Positions 28,900-41,617 of a stretch of DNA of 64,000 nucleotides are shown piece after piece. The DNA lies in the NCBI GenBank assembly GCA_951406725.2, contig OX597817.1:117242001-117306000 (forward strand), read 5' to 3'. The notes under the pieces were generated by a model. It saw only the letters and a program-made list of their open reading frames with translations. It searched no databases and had not been told where the DNA came from. Numbering within the stretch: the stretch's first letter is position 1; every line of letters starts with the position of its first letter. The position numbers were made by a program, and so were the translations under genes. The stretch is from Octopus vulgaris (lineage: Eukaryota).

Positions 28900-30050
28900 A
28901 AACACCGATTAGATTTCGTGAAACTATTAGGTCAGAATACCTACTTGCACACCTAAGCATTTCCTTTGTTGGCTATAGCGCAACACATACTGTGGGCAGG
29001 CATTTTTCTGGTGATGGAAAATTAACTTGATTTCGCTGACATTCTCACAACTGAGTGTTTTTTTTATGTATGTTGTCTCCGTTTCTGCCTCACTAAGTTT
29101 CACGCAATTCATATCATCTTACTTCATATTTTCCGGCATATCTGATGGAATATTGTTGGCCTTTTGACCTAGTATAAAGATTAAGTAGCTTTGATGACGA
29201 GATATCCCGTAATACATTCTACCTCTTTTGCCACGTTAGTAAAAGTCCTTGCTATATTAGCTGACGTTTTCGTTTTCGATTACCACTTGACATTTGTCAA
29301 GTGGCATTTCTGAACTGCAAAACATATTTTCTTTTGCTGGGGGAAATTACATTTTCTTTTACTAATTCCACTATTCTGCCAACCCTACTTATCTTCTCTT
29401 TCTCACCTTACCGTCTCAAAATGATGGAAGATGCTCATGATTATGGTTGTAAGAGTGGGTTCCTGATCATTTGTTTTCTGAAACAAAGTGCGAGGAAATC
29501 GCATTAATATTACTTGAATCACAACGGCAGTTTCTCTAATTGCAGTTATTTCCGCTGTTCTGTTCTGTTTTCCTGTACTTGCAGGAAGCAATCTCTCAAA
29601 CGGCACCTAATGGCAAACGTGTAACATCTGCCTTTTCTGCCCTACACCGAAACCCATATTTCTTTTGCTTTTTGTTTTACTTTTTCAAACTATTCTCCAA
29701 AATATCTGTATTGTCTTCGGAGTTCATTAAGACATGCATGAACATACGGGACACTCCCAACCACTTGCTCACATGTCGTCTTTTTCACGTTGTATGTCAC
29801 CATCTGCCCATAAATGCAACAAATATGCAGACAAGCGAAGGGTCAACGTCATCACCAATGTTTTTCAATGGGAATTCATTGTTGCACTCTCCACGCAGTT
29901 TGGCAGTATCTTTTAGATTTACGTTTTACGCATCAACTTGTTCTTAGTTGTTTCGTCCAAAGTTTTGAAAACCTCAACTTGATCTAAAATATTGCTCCGT
30001 ATATCGACTACGGGTATCTCAAGTTGGTGTTTTCGGAGTATAATAAAAGA
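28900..30050 (-). mobile_element. Very decayed integrase-type transposon remnant (possibly Ginger / KRBA2-SCAND3-like)
   Basis: Minus-strand fragments SKWLGVSRMFMHVLMN, KLLNLYTRS and VKLSEAE plus a Cys-rich tail, in the order I recall for this family. No intact catalytic motif seen. Confidence 0.35.
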
Positions 30051-30078
30051 CCTGATGCATCAAGGGAGTCACACACAA

Positions 30079-30112
<34 letters not shown>

Positions 30113-30699
30113 GACCACCTTTCACGATCTCCGATAAAGACCTCGTAGAGGGAGGTATTTCCCTATGCACGATGTGTCTACCACGTAGCTAATTTTGTTT
30201 AATAAGACAAATGTGTTTACTTTCTATTTGTTGCACTTAAAGCGAGTGAAACAATCTCTATTTTATCTCTCAAAACGATACGTTATTTTTTTTTATGAAT
30301 TTGCATTTCTTTAATTCAGAAAATAAGATTCTGTTGTGGATTTTAATATTATCGATCAAATTCTTCAAACTAGCATTTACTGAAGTTGGGCTATCTTTAT
30401 ATATTCCTGAAAAATGAGTGCTTCTTGCTGTGAAATAAATTTTCTCTTTTCAAAGGATTTCTTTTGTTTTACTTACTGAGGGTAGGAATTTCACTGAAAA
30501 AATGTCATTTTGTGTTCGGCGTAAACAAAACAAAAAGGCAGAAAAACAATCAAACTTTCCCTCTCGTGTAATAAAGCAGAGGCCCCTGGAAATTCCTTTT
30601 TGCAAAAGTTTGAAGAAATTATTTGTATTCAGTAGTATTCAGACAGAACAAAGTAATAGCATCAGCTCATGACAACTTTATATCATTAATAATAATTCT

Positions 30700-30912
30700 T
30701 TATACTATAGGCACAAGGCGTGGAATTTTGGGAAAGGGGACTAGTCGATTACGTCGACCCCAGTGTTTCACTGGTACTTAATTTATTGACCCCCTGACCG
30801 GATGAAAGGCAAAGTCAAACTCGGCGAACATTGAATCCACAACGTAAAGATAGACGAAATGTCGCTAAGCACTTCGCCCTGCCTGCTAACGATTCTGCCA
30901 CTTCGCTGCCTT
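30700..30912 (-). mobile_element. Meta-core SINE
   Basis: gtcgaccccagtg...ctggtactta...ggatgaaaggcaaagtc...gctaacgattctgcca. Confidence 0.85.
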
Positions 30913-30949
30913 ATAGTAATAATGATAATAATAATAATAATAATAATAT

Positions 30950-31140
30950 GGTCCCCCACCTGCAAGGTCATGTTCTGTTTATTTTCATATGAGATCACCA
31001 TGTTGTGCACATATATTTGTGATACATGTGCCCAGTGTACTATTATCAGACGGGTAGTCATGATGGGTATATTGGGCTTCGTATATTTGTATCTCAGTAT
31101 CACTTTGATGGCATGCGCTTCTCTTTCACTCAATAATAAT
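30950..31140. mobile_element. Short copy of the AAT-associated repeat at 5969-6530
   Basis: Pairwise similarity by eye; flanked by AAT repeats on both sides. Confidence 0.7.
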
Positions 31141-31294
31141 TCTTTCTAATTTTCATATGAGACCAAATATTTTGAGTTGGGGGAGCAAATCGGTTATAAT
31201 CACCCACAGGGACAGATAAGGCCGGCTGATATAGAAGTAACCGAGCTCACAAGACTCCTCTGAACAGGACACAAATCAATTACAATGTTCAATG

Positions 31295-31480
31295 GCAGAT
31301 ATTTTGAGGAACGTGGACACGTCGATAATATCGACCCCAGTACTTAATTAGAAACTTAGCTTGTCGCCTTCCTAAGAGATGAAAGACAAAGTTAACATCT
31401 ACAATATTTGAACTCAGAAAATAATGTGTCAGGAGAAATACTGCTGGGCATTTCGTACTATAGGCTAACGATTCTGCCTT
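31295..31480 (-). mobile_element. Meta-core SINE, diverged
   Basis: atatcgaccccagtac...gatgaaagacaaagtt...atttgaactcagaa...gctaacgattctgcc. Confidence 0.75.
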
Positions 31481-31513
31481 CTTGACATTCTGTCAATCAA
31501 TTTTGTTACAAAT

Positions 31514-31730
31514 AAGGCAACGAGCTGGTAGAATCGTTAGCATGCCGAGCAAAATGCTTAGCGGCATTTAATCCGTCATAACGTTCTGAGTTCAAATTCT
31601 GCCGAGGTCGAATTTATCTTTCATCCTTTCGTGCTGCATAAAAATAAGTACCAGTGAAGCACTGGGACCTATATAAACGCCTTACCCCTCTCCGATCTTC
31701 CTAGCCTTGTGCTATATTTTGAAACCAAAA
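31514..31730 (+). mobile_element. Meta-core tRNA SINE, full length
   Basis: aaggcaacgagctggtagaatcgttagc (A-box-like), acgttctgagttcaaattctgcc (B-box-like), core tttcatcctttc...aataagtaccag. Confidence 0.9.
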
Positions 31731-33019
31731 TGTTGCCATAAAAATTTTTTGTGTACCCTTAAAAAAAGAATATCAGTAAAATTATTTCCATATGACTTCA
31801 ATCGGGGAGTTATATTTCTACACAACTTTCATTATTTTAATAAAAACATCCACAGTTTCCTGAAAACCATGCTCTATCATATTAAAAGAGAGATAAAGCA
31901 TTGGACAATAATGTTCTGTCGATACAGAAGTATGAGGTAGTAATACCTGCAGCCTCTTCGATTATGGATCTTTTCAGTCAAAGTTGAACTGGGCTTAGCA
32001 ACAAAAGCAACCTTCACTTATACGACAACAGTTGTACATAAGGAATTTACTTCTATCACTGTAGGAGAAGCTTTATTGAGTGGGTAAGGTATTGCACTAA
32101 AGATCGCCAGATCATGGTTTCGATTCCGGATCGGGCGTTGCCTTTGGTTTCTGAGCAAAACACTTCTTCATTTCACATTGCTCCATTCCACTCAACTGTA
32201 AATGGGTAACCCTGTGAAGGACTATTGTTTCGTTCATGAAGAATGTTGTGATATCAGTTACTTATAAACAAGATCACCGGCCCTGTGAGCAACGCAGCTC
32301 GAAGACTCTAATATAAAGGGGATTTACTTTGCTTACTTTCACTAGAAGCACAGATATTTACTATGCAAGAGAAGCATTCTTTTGAGTTAACTGCGTGTGT
32401 TTAGAATAGCCAAATTCCCAAAAGGCCATAAAAAGTCATCATGCTCTTCTTTATTTATTCTATGTTTCGTATCCTTCTTCGGCTCAGGACGTTATGAGCT
32501 CAAATTCCACCGACGTCTACTTTGTTTTTCCTCTTTTCAAAACATTTAAAATGAAATAGCTGTCAAGAACTAGTGGATATTTATTCTACTACGCCCATGT
32601 AACATTGCAGTGCTTCTAACTAAATCAGAAACATTATTATTGTCCTTTATTCAAATAATGATTAGGGTAAATAAACGTGTAGTTTAACTTCATAATCAGA
32701 ATATATATATAATAGGAAAATCAAGTAATTAGATTTTAGGAAAGCAAGAAAGACTTATTAAAACTAAATACTGACATCATTTAAAGAAGTACACATATTT
32801 TTGCTGTATATTTGTAATCTTCCTTGTCTAAGATTACAGGTGGAAGATAAAGAAAGCAATGCAAACATTACTTCGCTACATTGCGTTATGCTTATTTGAG
32901 CATAAGTAATAAAAATCCAACATAAAATTTTCAATATTTTATAACGGGATGTGCTAATTATTTTAATTTATAACCTACACTTGTCTATTGTGTGGCAAGG
33001 AGTGGGAAAGCCGATGCGT

Positions 33020-33055
<36 letters not shown>

Positions 33056-33364
33056 CATACACACACATACATACATGGAAAGAGAGAGAAAGAGAGCAGA
33101 CATACAAACGGAGGAAGAGGGAAGAAGAATTACAGAAATTTTAGCGGATATATACAGACACACTTGACAAGTTCTACGTTTTATTGGTTTCCTATTTCTT
33201 CCAGTGAAACAAAAATTAAAGTTATTCAATATACAGTTTATTACAATTACGTATTACAATATACTGCATAACTACGATAGTGAATTCTATTTTTTACACG
33301 CTTCATTGTACTGTTTAAATTTTTAAAAAAGACAATGAAATGTTTTGTAATCCTAATTCTAAAA

Positions 33365-36300
33365 ATGATGAGGTAAACTATGAATATAATGCTTATTTTG
33401 TTAACATTTAACACTGAATTTGTTGAAAATCGATAAATATACTGAGCTTTACAACAGGAACTGCCAAATGTGTTCCACTATAGAATATTCTGTTAAGTCA
33501 CGACCTAATATTATTTTTTACACATGATTAGTATGTGGCATAAAAACATATTCCAAGACAAGATTCAATATATTGCACAGTGGTTTAAATCTGAAACGAA
33601 AATCTTCTTTAAGCCAAACTGTCATATTTGGTAAGTTATTTGTCTTTGAAAACCCTTATGCCATGTGTGAAATGCAAATCATCGTTGCGTTGAAAGTGTA
33701 CGGTTTTTTCCAGATTGTTATTTTTGGCTAAATATTTAAAATTAGAATGGCACAACAAACAATTGAACCAACAGCCCAGGTTAAATTTAGATAAGGTCTT
33801 ACAGTTGCTCTTTGTTGCTAGGAGAGCTTACAAGGGAAATATGGAAAGGGACACTGAATCTAATTTCTTGAATACGAGATCTATTTTATATGTACCTGAT
33901 TCAGAGGAGAACTTGATTAAAAAATAACAGCAGTGTTGGAATATTCGATTTGCTTCTAGCAAAAATGCTACAAATCAGTGGCTCAGTTAGTTATTTGTTA
34001 TTTGCTGTCTTTATACTGAGTTCCAACAGAAAATACCAACATTAGCGTTACCAATGACGAAGGAATGAAGCTTATCTGAGCATCTTCCGTGAACGTAACG
34101 GTGAAAATTTTAAGACAGAGCATTTGGAATGAAAAATAGTACTTATCACTAAACTACACATTCAATTCTGCGATCTACCGAGTCTGGGCAGTAAATATTT
34201 GGAAGAACTTACGGAATAATCTGCATTCTATTCCGCTTTGAAATATTGCTCGGTCTTCTAAAGATAGAAAAGAGTTTTTGTATGTTGGGAACATCGAATA
34301 TTACAACAAATCCACCTTCTAGCTGCTATCCATAAGCAATTTGAGAGAAAAACATCTGTCCAGATAAAGTGGTTCCATCAAAATAATCCTCTCTAATGAA
34401 ATAGGGAGATGTTGGGAATTTTTAATATTCGGTTTTGTTAGTTTATTACCAGATCTTATGGGTGTTATTTAGCAATCCACAAAATGAAAATTTTAAATAA
34501 CCGCTATTTCGCCAAGCTTTGGTTGATTTGGCGTGTAATTTGATTAATAACCCTCATCATTAGACCGACAAATGATACTATAAACGTTGTGGCATTTAGA
34601 GGAGCAAGGAATAAGCACATGAAAGGTATAAAGAATATGTATGGAAAACCTTTTTATATAGATACAAAGACCATAGTGATAGCGGCTGCAAAGGATCAAG
34701 TTTAGTGTAAACTGGATGTCAAACATGATATTAAATATAATGAATCGAGACATTAAAAACTCGTGCCTCCCCTTCTCATTTGTTGTTTCGTCATTGAGTA
34801 TTTGTCTATTTTCGCCTCAACATGAAATGTCAATTACCGCCAAGCGTGCTTGGCATGCTATTATGATTAAATTCGTTATTTCTCACAGGGGGTACAACAT
34901 AGAGGTGACAACACAAAACATGTGGGGACAAAAAACGAATGAAAGAAAAATTAAGTGAAAATGAAGCCTTTCGGCCCCACCTCCGAGCGACTTCATTTAT
35001 CCCATTAATGCGACCTTAATGCAATCCAACTCCATCTTTCTGTAGAATGTCAATATTGTATACATTCCAGAGCTCAAGATAGTTGATATATCTTGGCATC
35101 TATCTGGTATCCATTGTTTTCTCCCAATATTCAAAATCGTCACTGTAGTTAACTATTTTTGACATTGGATCCTGGTTTGCCAGCACACTAATATAACGCC
35201 ATGGTAGTCCAGTATAAATTGTCGTATTAACTGGTATTGCATCTTCCCAAGTGTCTATCTCGTTGCAGAGTTCTTTATTTAAACCGTCGTATGTCACTAC
35301 GTGTTTTGTTTTTTTGCTTTTGTTTTTTCACAGGCCAGGAAAGGGGAAGTTTTGGGGCTCTTGTGTTTCTGCGTTTTTCTTTGTGTCGGAGGGGAGCGGG
35401 GAGATTTGGCGTCTTGAGAGGAGGATGGGGCAAGGTGGGAGTGGGTGGGTGTTCGATGGACGTTGGGATGGGGGTCAACGTACACAGGGTGAGCCTTTTC
35501 CTCTTTTTCTCTTCTTCCTTCCGACCGTTTTCCACTCCGTTCGTTGTATGCTTCTTCTGCCTAAGCACTTGAGTTTTCTTTTGTTGGCACTTTAGGTGCA
35601 ACTTCCTCCCTACTCACGAGTCCTTCTTGGGGCTTTTTGGGCGGCGGAGGACAGTCCGCTCTAATGTGGCCTTTTAGGACACACTTGTAGCAACGCAGGG
35701 TCCTGGCCTCCACTCTGACCCTGATTATCACATCTTCTATAGTGATAGTTTCTACTATATTTTCGATGTCTTCCGGAGCCGCCTGGATAATTAAATCCAG
35801 GGTCTATCTTTGCCAAATCTTATGAACTGTTCTTGTAACCTGGAGGTCCACTGTCTTATCTTCATTGCCCAGTAGTATGGCAGCTACTAACCAGGCTACG
35901 TCACTCCCTGGTATGTCTCCCAAGGCATGTCTCCCAAGGTATGTAGGTACCAAGGAAATACTACTTCTGTGTTTAAAGGGGGTGCCGAGTGTAACCTGGC
36001 AATAGGTACCTCTAGAATGTGTAGCTCCACTGTTCTGAATTTCCTTCCTCTGGCAATGTTCGAAATTTATTGCCAGGCTTTTTCTACTTGTGTGGTCGTC
36101 ATTATTTCGATTTTCTTTATTTTCGTGGAGTACGTTCTATATAGTGTACTTTTCTCTTTGGTATCTTTCAAAACATTTTGAGGAAGGGACACCTTCACTT
36201 GGCCCCCTCCCTACACACCATGTTCTTATATTTACTCACTTCTGTTAGTTCGACTTCGTTATTGTGACACTTAGCGACTGCCGCAAATTTTCTTTTCTTC

Positions 36301-38650
36301 AGTCGCTCTTCCATTCCTTCGACATACTTCAATAGTTCCTCCTCAGAAGACGAAAGCTCCGAGAAGGTGAGATTTTTGTACTCCATCGTTTATACTTGTG
36401 CTACCCACTTCTGCCGTAAGGCAGTAAAACAAGTGTTACAAAGTGTTTAAAAAGCACGAAAGAATTTTAACAATAAACGATTCAACAAAATAACAGTGAC
36501 GTACGTCGATGCTGCTCAGCAATAATTTGATAGATTGGCATGCTATTATGATTAACTACAAACCAGCTAGAGTTGCGTTCTAATAAGTACTACAAAACTA
36601 CTGGCAATCACTCTGTAGTTTTGTTTATTTTTTTTCCTTTAAGCCAGTAAATCTTCTACTTCCATTATTTCCTTTTTATTTTTTTAATGTGGTGGGGTGG
36701 GGTGATGCTCAAAAATACGTTCTTACAGTATTAATTCAGAATTTTTTCTACTTAATTTTGAAAAACATTGTAGCAAATGATTATTCATTTTCAACATTTG
36801 ATTGTCTCTTTCTATGTCCTGCATAATTTGTCCCTATCTATAGTTTTGAGATCAATATGTTGAGATACGTATAATTAATATGGACAATAACAGTAGATCT
36901 TTTTACTACTCAATCATCAATGCTTGCTGTCATGTCAAATGCATAATCTATAGTGATTTGTAACTCTATATAGAAAAGATTCACGCTATATCTGGTTGGA
37001 CTAGTTTTATCTATTATTTAACTGCTTTGGGGGTTGAAATACTTGTTGCTTAACCTTAACCTCAGCTCAAATTTGATGGCACAATTCTATTTCGATGGTA
37101 TTCTGCACATGAAAATCTGGTCTGTTTTCAATGTTTTTCGGATTACAATATACTTTCAAGGCGCCATATCTTGTTGACTCCACCTATTAAACTATAAATA
37201 ACCATGTTGGTATAACTACACATAGTACAGAAAACTCCCTTCTATCCGATACTAAAATAAGAGGCAATCTCAAGTAACCGGCACATATTTCTAGGTGGCG
37301 GCTGCTTTAGGTATTTATATATTATTACAAAGAAAATAATTACCTGTTGTGAATTAGATTAGAGAACTTATGTTAATTTATTCAATGCCACTAAAAAAAA
37401 GAGTGTTTATTCTAAATCTAAAATAAGTCGTTACTTCTCAAATTACAGTATTCTATTACATTCTACTACATTTAATGTACCTGTTCTTTATTAAATTCAT
37501 AAAACTTGTTCATTACTTAAATCATACTTACATTTCCTCATATTTCATTCATTTTTACCATTCTGGGAATATCACTGATAATACTCATGCTAATATGCAA
37601 ACTTTTAATGAGTTTTGTAAAGTGAAATGTTAATTTAAAGACTACTGATCAGATTTCCGGAAAATTTACTTTATGTGTCAACATCCCGGTGTCAATGGTG
37701 CCGGATAGGAGATGTTTCACTCTATTTGGAATCAGGTGCATCAAACAGTGCGATATACAGCTGTACTATCTATTTTCATTTTCAAATTAAGATCATTAAA
37801 GCAATGTTTAATCAGACTTCGTGTATGTAGTCTCCCTTCACTGTGAAGAAGGTTTTTTTCTAAACTGTCGGGAGTTACCTTTCCTCTTACTACAAAACAT
37901 ATTTTATAAACTTTATTCTGGTATTCTGTATATCTTACATAACGTACATAAACGAAACAGCAGTATTCGTCTTAAGAAACTTCGTATAGATGTATTGTGC
38001 TAAAAAGCTTGGAAGTTTGTCAGTAACAGGCGAAAATCTTCCAGCAGCGGTGGTGGATGTTTTTTGCCAGCTACTAATACGCTTCTATGCTTTTCAGAAC
38101 TTAACTTCTGTACAAGAAATTTTCTGAAGAAAAATGCTGCGGTATTGCGATTTTCCAATTGTATAACTACGTTAACTAATATATGCAGAATGTTATTTTG
38201 AACCAATACTGCTTCCGTTGCTAATAGCAAATTTATTTACTGTCATTCACTGACGGAAATCATCCCTAATTTTCTCAGAGACTATTTACTTCACTTCCTA
38301 TTATTTAGCATTATGCCACATATCACATGACTTGTGCTAGTAGACTTTAGGTACGTTATTCAACATTGAGGTGGGCTGTGAATTTGTTCAGTATAACCGA
38401 TGTTTCAAAACAGGCAAAGATATTTGAATATACTACTCCATATTTAATATTCAGAATATAGGCATGATTCTAATTCCAGGAGATATTTGTTTATTAATTG
38501 CCATTACTTCTAAGGTGGAATTAGTAACACATTTTGAAAAACCATATTTTTTGTAGGTCTTTTTTTTACTTCGATTTCTCGAGAGATATACTCTGCTCTT
38601 TCATTGCAATTCAAAAATTATTTTTAAGTATGCTATGTAAAATCAGTTAA
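33365..38650 (+). pseudogene. Heavily decayed protocadherin-like relic, copy 4, split by an insertion at ~34960-36520
   Basis: CSTIEYSVKSRP at 33471 and FGKLFVFENPYAMCEM at 33627 (EC1); NISVTNDE...VNVTVK at 34038-34106 (cf. ISVTDVNDN...YNVSVK); ITAISPS at ~34497; NRD at ~34743; KTTDQISG at ~37638 (cf. NATDPDLG); KNAAVLRFSN at ~38130 and NLFTVIH*RKSSLIFSETIY at 38230-38289 (cf. LFTVNPxxGxLSFSRxVY, EC6); hydrophobic DICLLIAIT at ~38482. Confidence 0.6.
34960..36520 (-). mobile_element. LINE ORF1/gag-like element without ORF2 (Tx1/L1-like), decayed
   Basis: Collinear minus-strand ORF pieces 36195..36386, 35275..35601 and 35100..35297; CCHC knuckle CYKCVLKGHIRADC at ~35651-35692; basic and Pro-rich tail; higher GC than the flanks. 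Confidence 0.75.
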
Positions 38651-41423
38651 GCAACCCAACGAAATAAATCGAAAAAGCCAAAACCTGTGACAAACGAATT
38701 TTGAAGAGTTTTTGCAGTTATAAATTTGAAGCAAAACAAAAAATATTCAGTAGCCTTTGTTGATTTATCAAACACATATGCTGTTCAAATAAATAGAAAG
38801 TATAGGAAAATGTTTTTCAGAGACAATTTGATGAAATAAATAAACATTTTTTTCAAAATATTATGTCGATTTCTTCAGCTAGATTTTTGAAACAACTACC
38901 TTGTGATATTTTTATGGCTTTAATATTTTTAATCACAATAACGATATTTTTAAAAGCAAAATACTTTTTCATATTATACATAAAATAATAAATAAACTTT
39001 GAAGAAAAGTGTTTTCTGGAATAGAAACTTTAACCAAGTTAAGCTTTTCTGCTTAGATTCTAGACTGAAGCAATTAAGTCATTTGCAACATGCTCATGCT
39101 GATTTTGTATAAATATACTCCCATAGATGCGTACATGCGCATATGTACGCATGCTTACAAATGCACGCACATACACTCACACACACAGTAATGAATAAAA
39201 ATTTAATGCTCTAATATTGTTAAACTGGATAAATTCATCAAATTATGAGTACACAAAGTTAATACCTATTAATTTAGTTGAAAATTAGCCGTGTAAAATG
39301 GACCAAGAGAAATTTTGCATTTTGAAAATTGCTTTTGTCGTCTATCTTTCTTGAGTCTTCTCTCATGAAGTTCCCGGTAGAGCCATTTAGTGTTAAGAAA
39401 TCTTCTCTTTGCTTTATTGCCGCACTGCCACTCAGAGTAGAGGTTTCCGAAATTTCATAAGGAACTCATTTGTCGTGTTATTTAACAGTAGGGACGTCAA
39501 GTAAATATTTTGTGTGATGCTGTGTTAACTCATGCAGATTTTCAACAGAGGATCATGAGGCTGTCTTAACTCATTCAAATCTTCTGCATTAACGTTTTTT
39601 CTCACTTTTTTGATCAAATAAACGATGTCCATGATAATTGCTGGTACTATCGCTTCGTAAAATTCCATGAGTTTGTTGCATGCTACTTATCATAGCTTTT
39701 CCTTAATACATCATACGGTTCACACGCTTCTCTAATATTATCTGTCTTTTATGATGTGGTAGTTTATCAAACGTTATGTATTCATTTTATGTTTTATTCT
39801 CATTTTTAACTGTTTTTCCTGCTTTGTATTTTTCAAGTATCTGATAGAAAATGGGACAGAGACAAAAGTTCCTGGTATTCCAAATTACACATTTGTGCAT
39901 TGGTCAGCATCAGGGGTTAGTATTTAGTGATAGGTAAATTAATTCCACATGAATGCTAGTTAAACAGTTATCAAGATTATGGGAAAAGTCTGAGGCATAC
40001 TTTAGGTTCAGTGTTATGTTCTTCGCATAACTTTACTTTAGGTTCAATGTTATGTTTTTTGTAATCGTTTTTTCCTACTGAGGCACACCATCATGTAAAA
40101 CTATAAAAGTATTCTTTTCCGTTCTTGAACTCTGAAACGTTTTACTCATTCTCGAGAAATGAAACTGCAAAAAGAAATTCGTTTTCGGAAACGGCATGTT
40201 TCATGTATAATGAATATATTTTATGGACAATAGCTGGAACATGCGATAAAAGTTTTAACAACCTGGAAGAATTCTTTAACTGCATTTCCACTTTTACTAC
40301 ACATACTGAGGTTCTGTAGGTAACGCCGCCATTTGATTCCATCAGACTAAATTCTGCCGGATCTGAATATTTGAATTACATTTTTCTTCTTGTGTCTACA
40401 GATATTTGTTGCCTTTTGTGACGTTTGTTTGATAGCATGTTGTATTGTGTTTTGTCGTCCAAACACATGGCAATCATATCCATTTTACAAACATTTAATC
40501 CTTGGTCAATTATTTTTCCAGTTGAGACATTCTGGCTCCGAACACGTTTACACTCAGCATGTAATTATCAAGCAGTAGACTAGCTGATATTTGCGTGGTT
40601 TGCTGTATATGTTATTTTAAGTAAACTTGTGTGTGAGCGTGTTTGCACGTGCATAAACGATAATGAATCTAAATGTTGGCCTTCTATGTATGTATAGAGA
40701 AGCAATTGTTTGATTTTTAGTTCATTTTCCCTCCATTGACAAATTCACAATTATTTATTTAGCGGTTCAACGAACTATACGTGCATATATATATATATGA
40801 GTGTGAGACGATCACTAACATTTAAAGAACTGATTTACTTATAGATATGCAAACACGCACACACACACACATGCTTGCCTTTACGCAGACATGCAAGAAA
40901 CATGTTCATTTAAAAGCAGAAATAAACACATTCTAATACACTGAACCGCAAAAGAAACGCGATTTTTTGAAGTGTCTTTTTTATATGGTAAATTCTGGAA
41001 ATTTATTTCGGAGATATAAATCTAAATATCCCAAGACATGCTGGTTTAAGGCTGAGACCCAAATTGCAGGTAACCTTTCAACTTGCCCTGAAACATCTTT
41101 CTCCCTCTCTCTCTTCTCATATCTTTCTTTCTTCCCCTCTCTTTTTCTCTCTCTCTCTCCCTCCTTTCTTCTCTACCACGATAATAATTTTCCGTTCATT
41201 TAGTTTTGAAGCACATTTGTCTTATGCTACTTAATAAGTACACTACGATTAGTAAATTAATGTTTTAGAGAATCAATCTACATGTGTAGGGGAGGATGTA
41301 TTTGCAAGTATAATTGAATATACATACGCAAACATACGCTCATGGAGGTATACCTTTATGCAAATATGCAAAACTTATGCTTTCTAATTATACACACAAT
41401 AATACATACATATATATATATAG

Positions 41424-41617
41424 TTAATCCAAACGTGAAAGCACAAGAAAAAACAACAACGCGAGGACGTGGAACAAATATAGTATTATTGGACGCTCAG
41501 GAAAGAAGGAGGGTATAACGTTTCGACCGGAGCTCTTCGTCGGAAACATAGGAGAAGGAAAGATCCAGAGAAGGGAAGACAGAGGGAAAAAATCGCCAAC
41601 GGTACACACGCGGTCAC
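41424..41617 (-). mobile_element. Penelope-LTR-like short repeat with a hammerhead-like motif
   Basis: Near-identical to 59743-59918. Minus strand contains CCGACGA-A-GAGC-tcc-GGTC-GAAAC. Confidence 0.7.
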
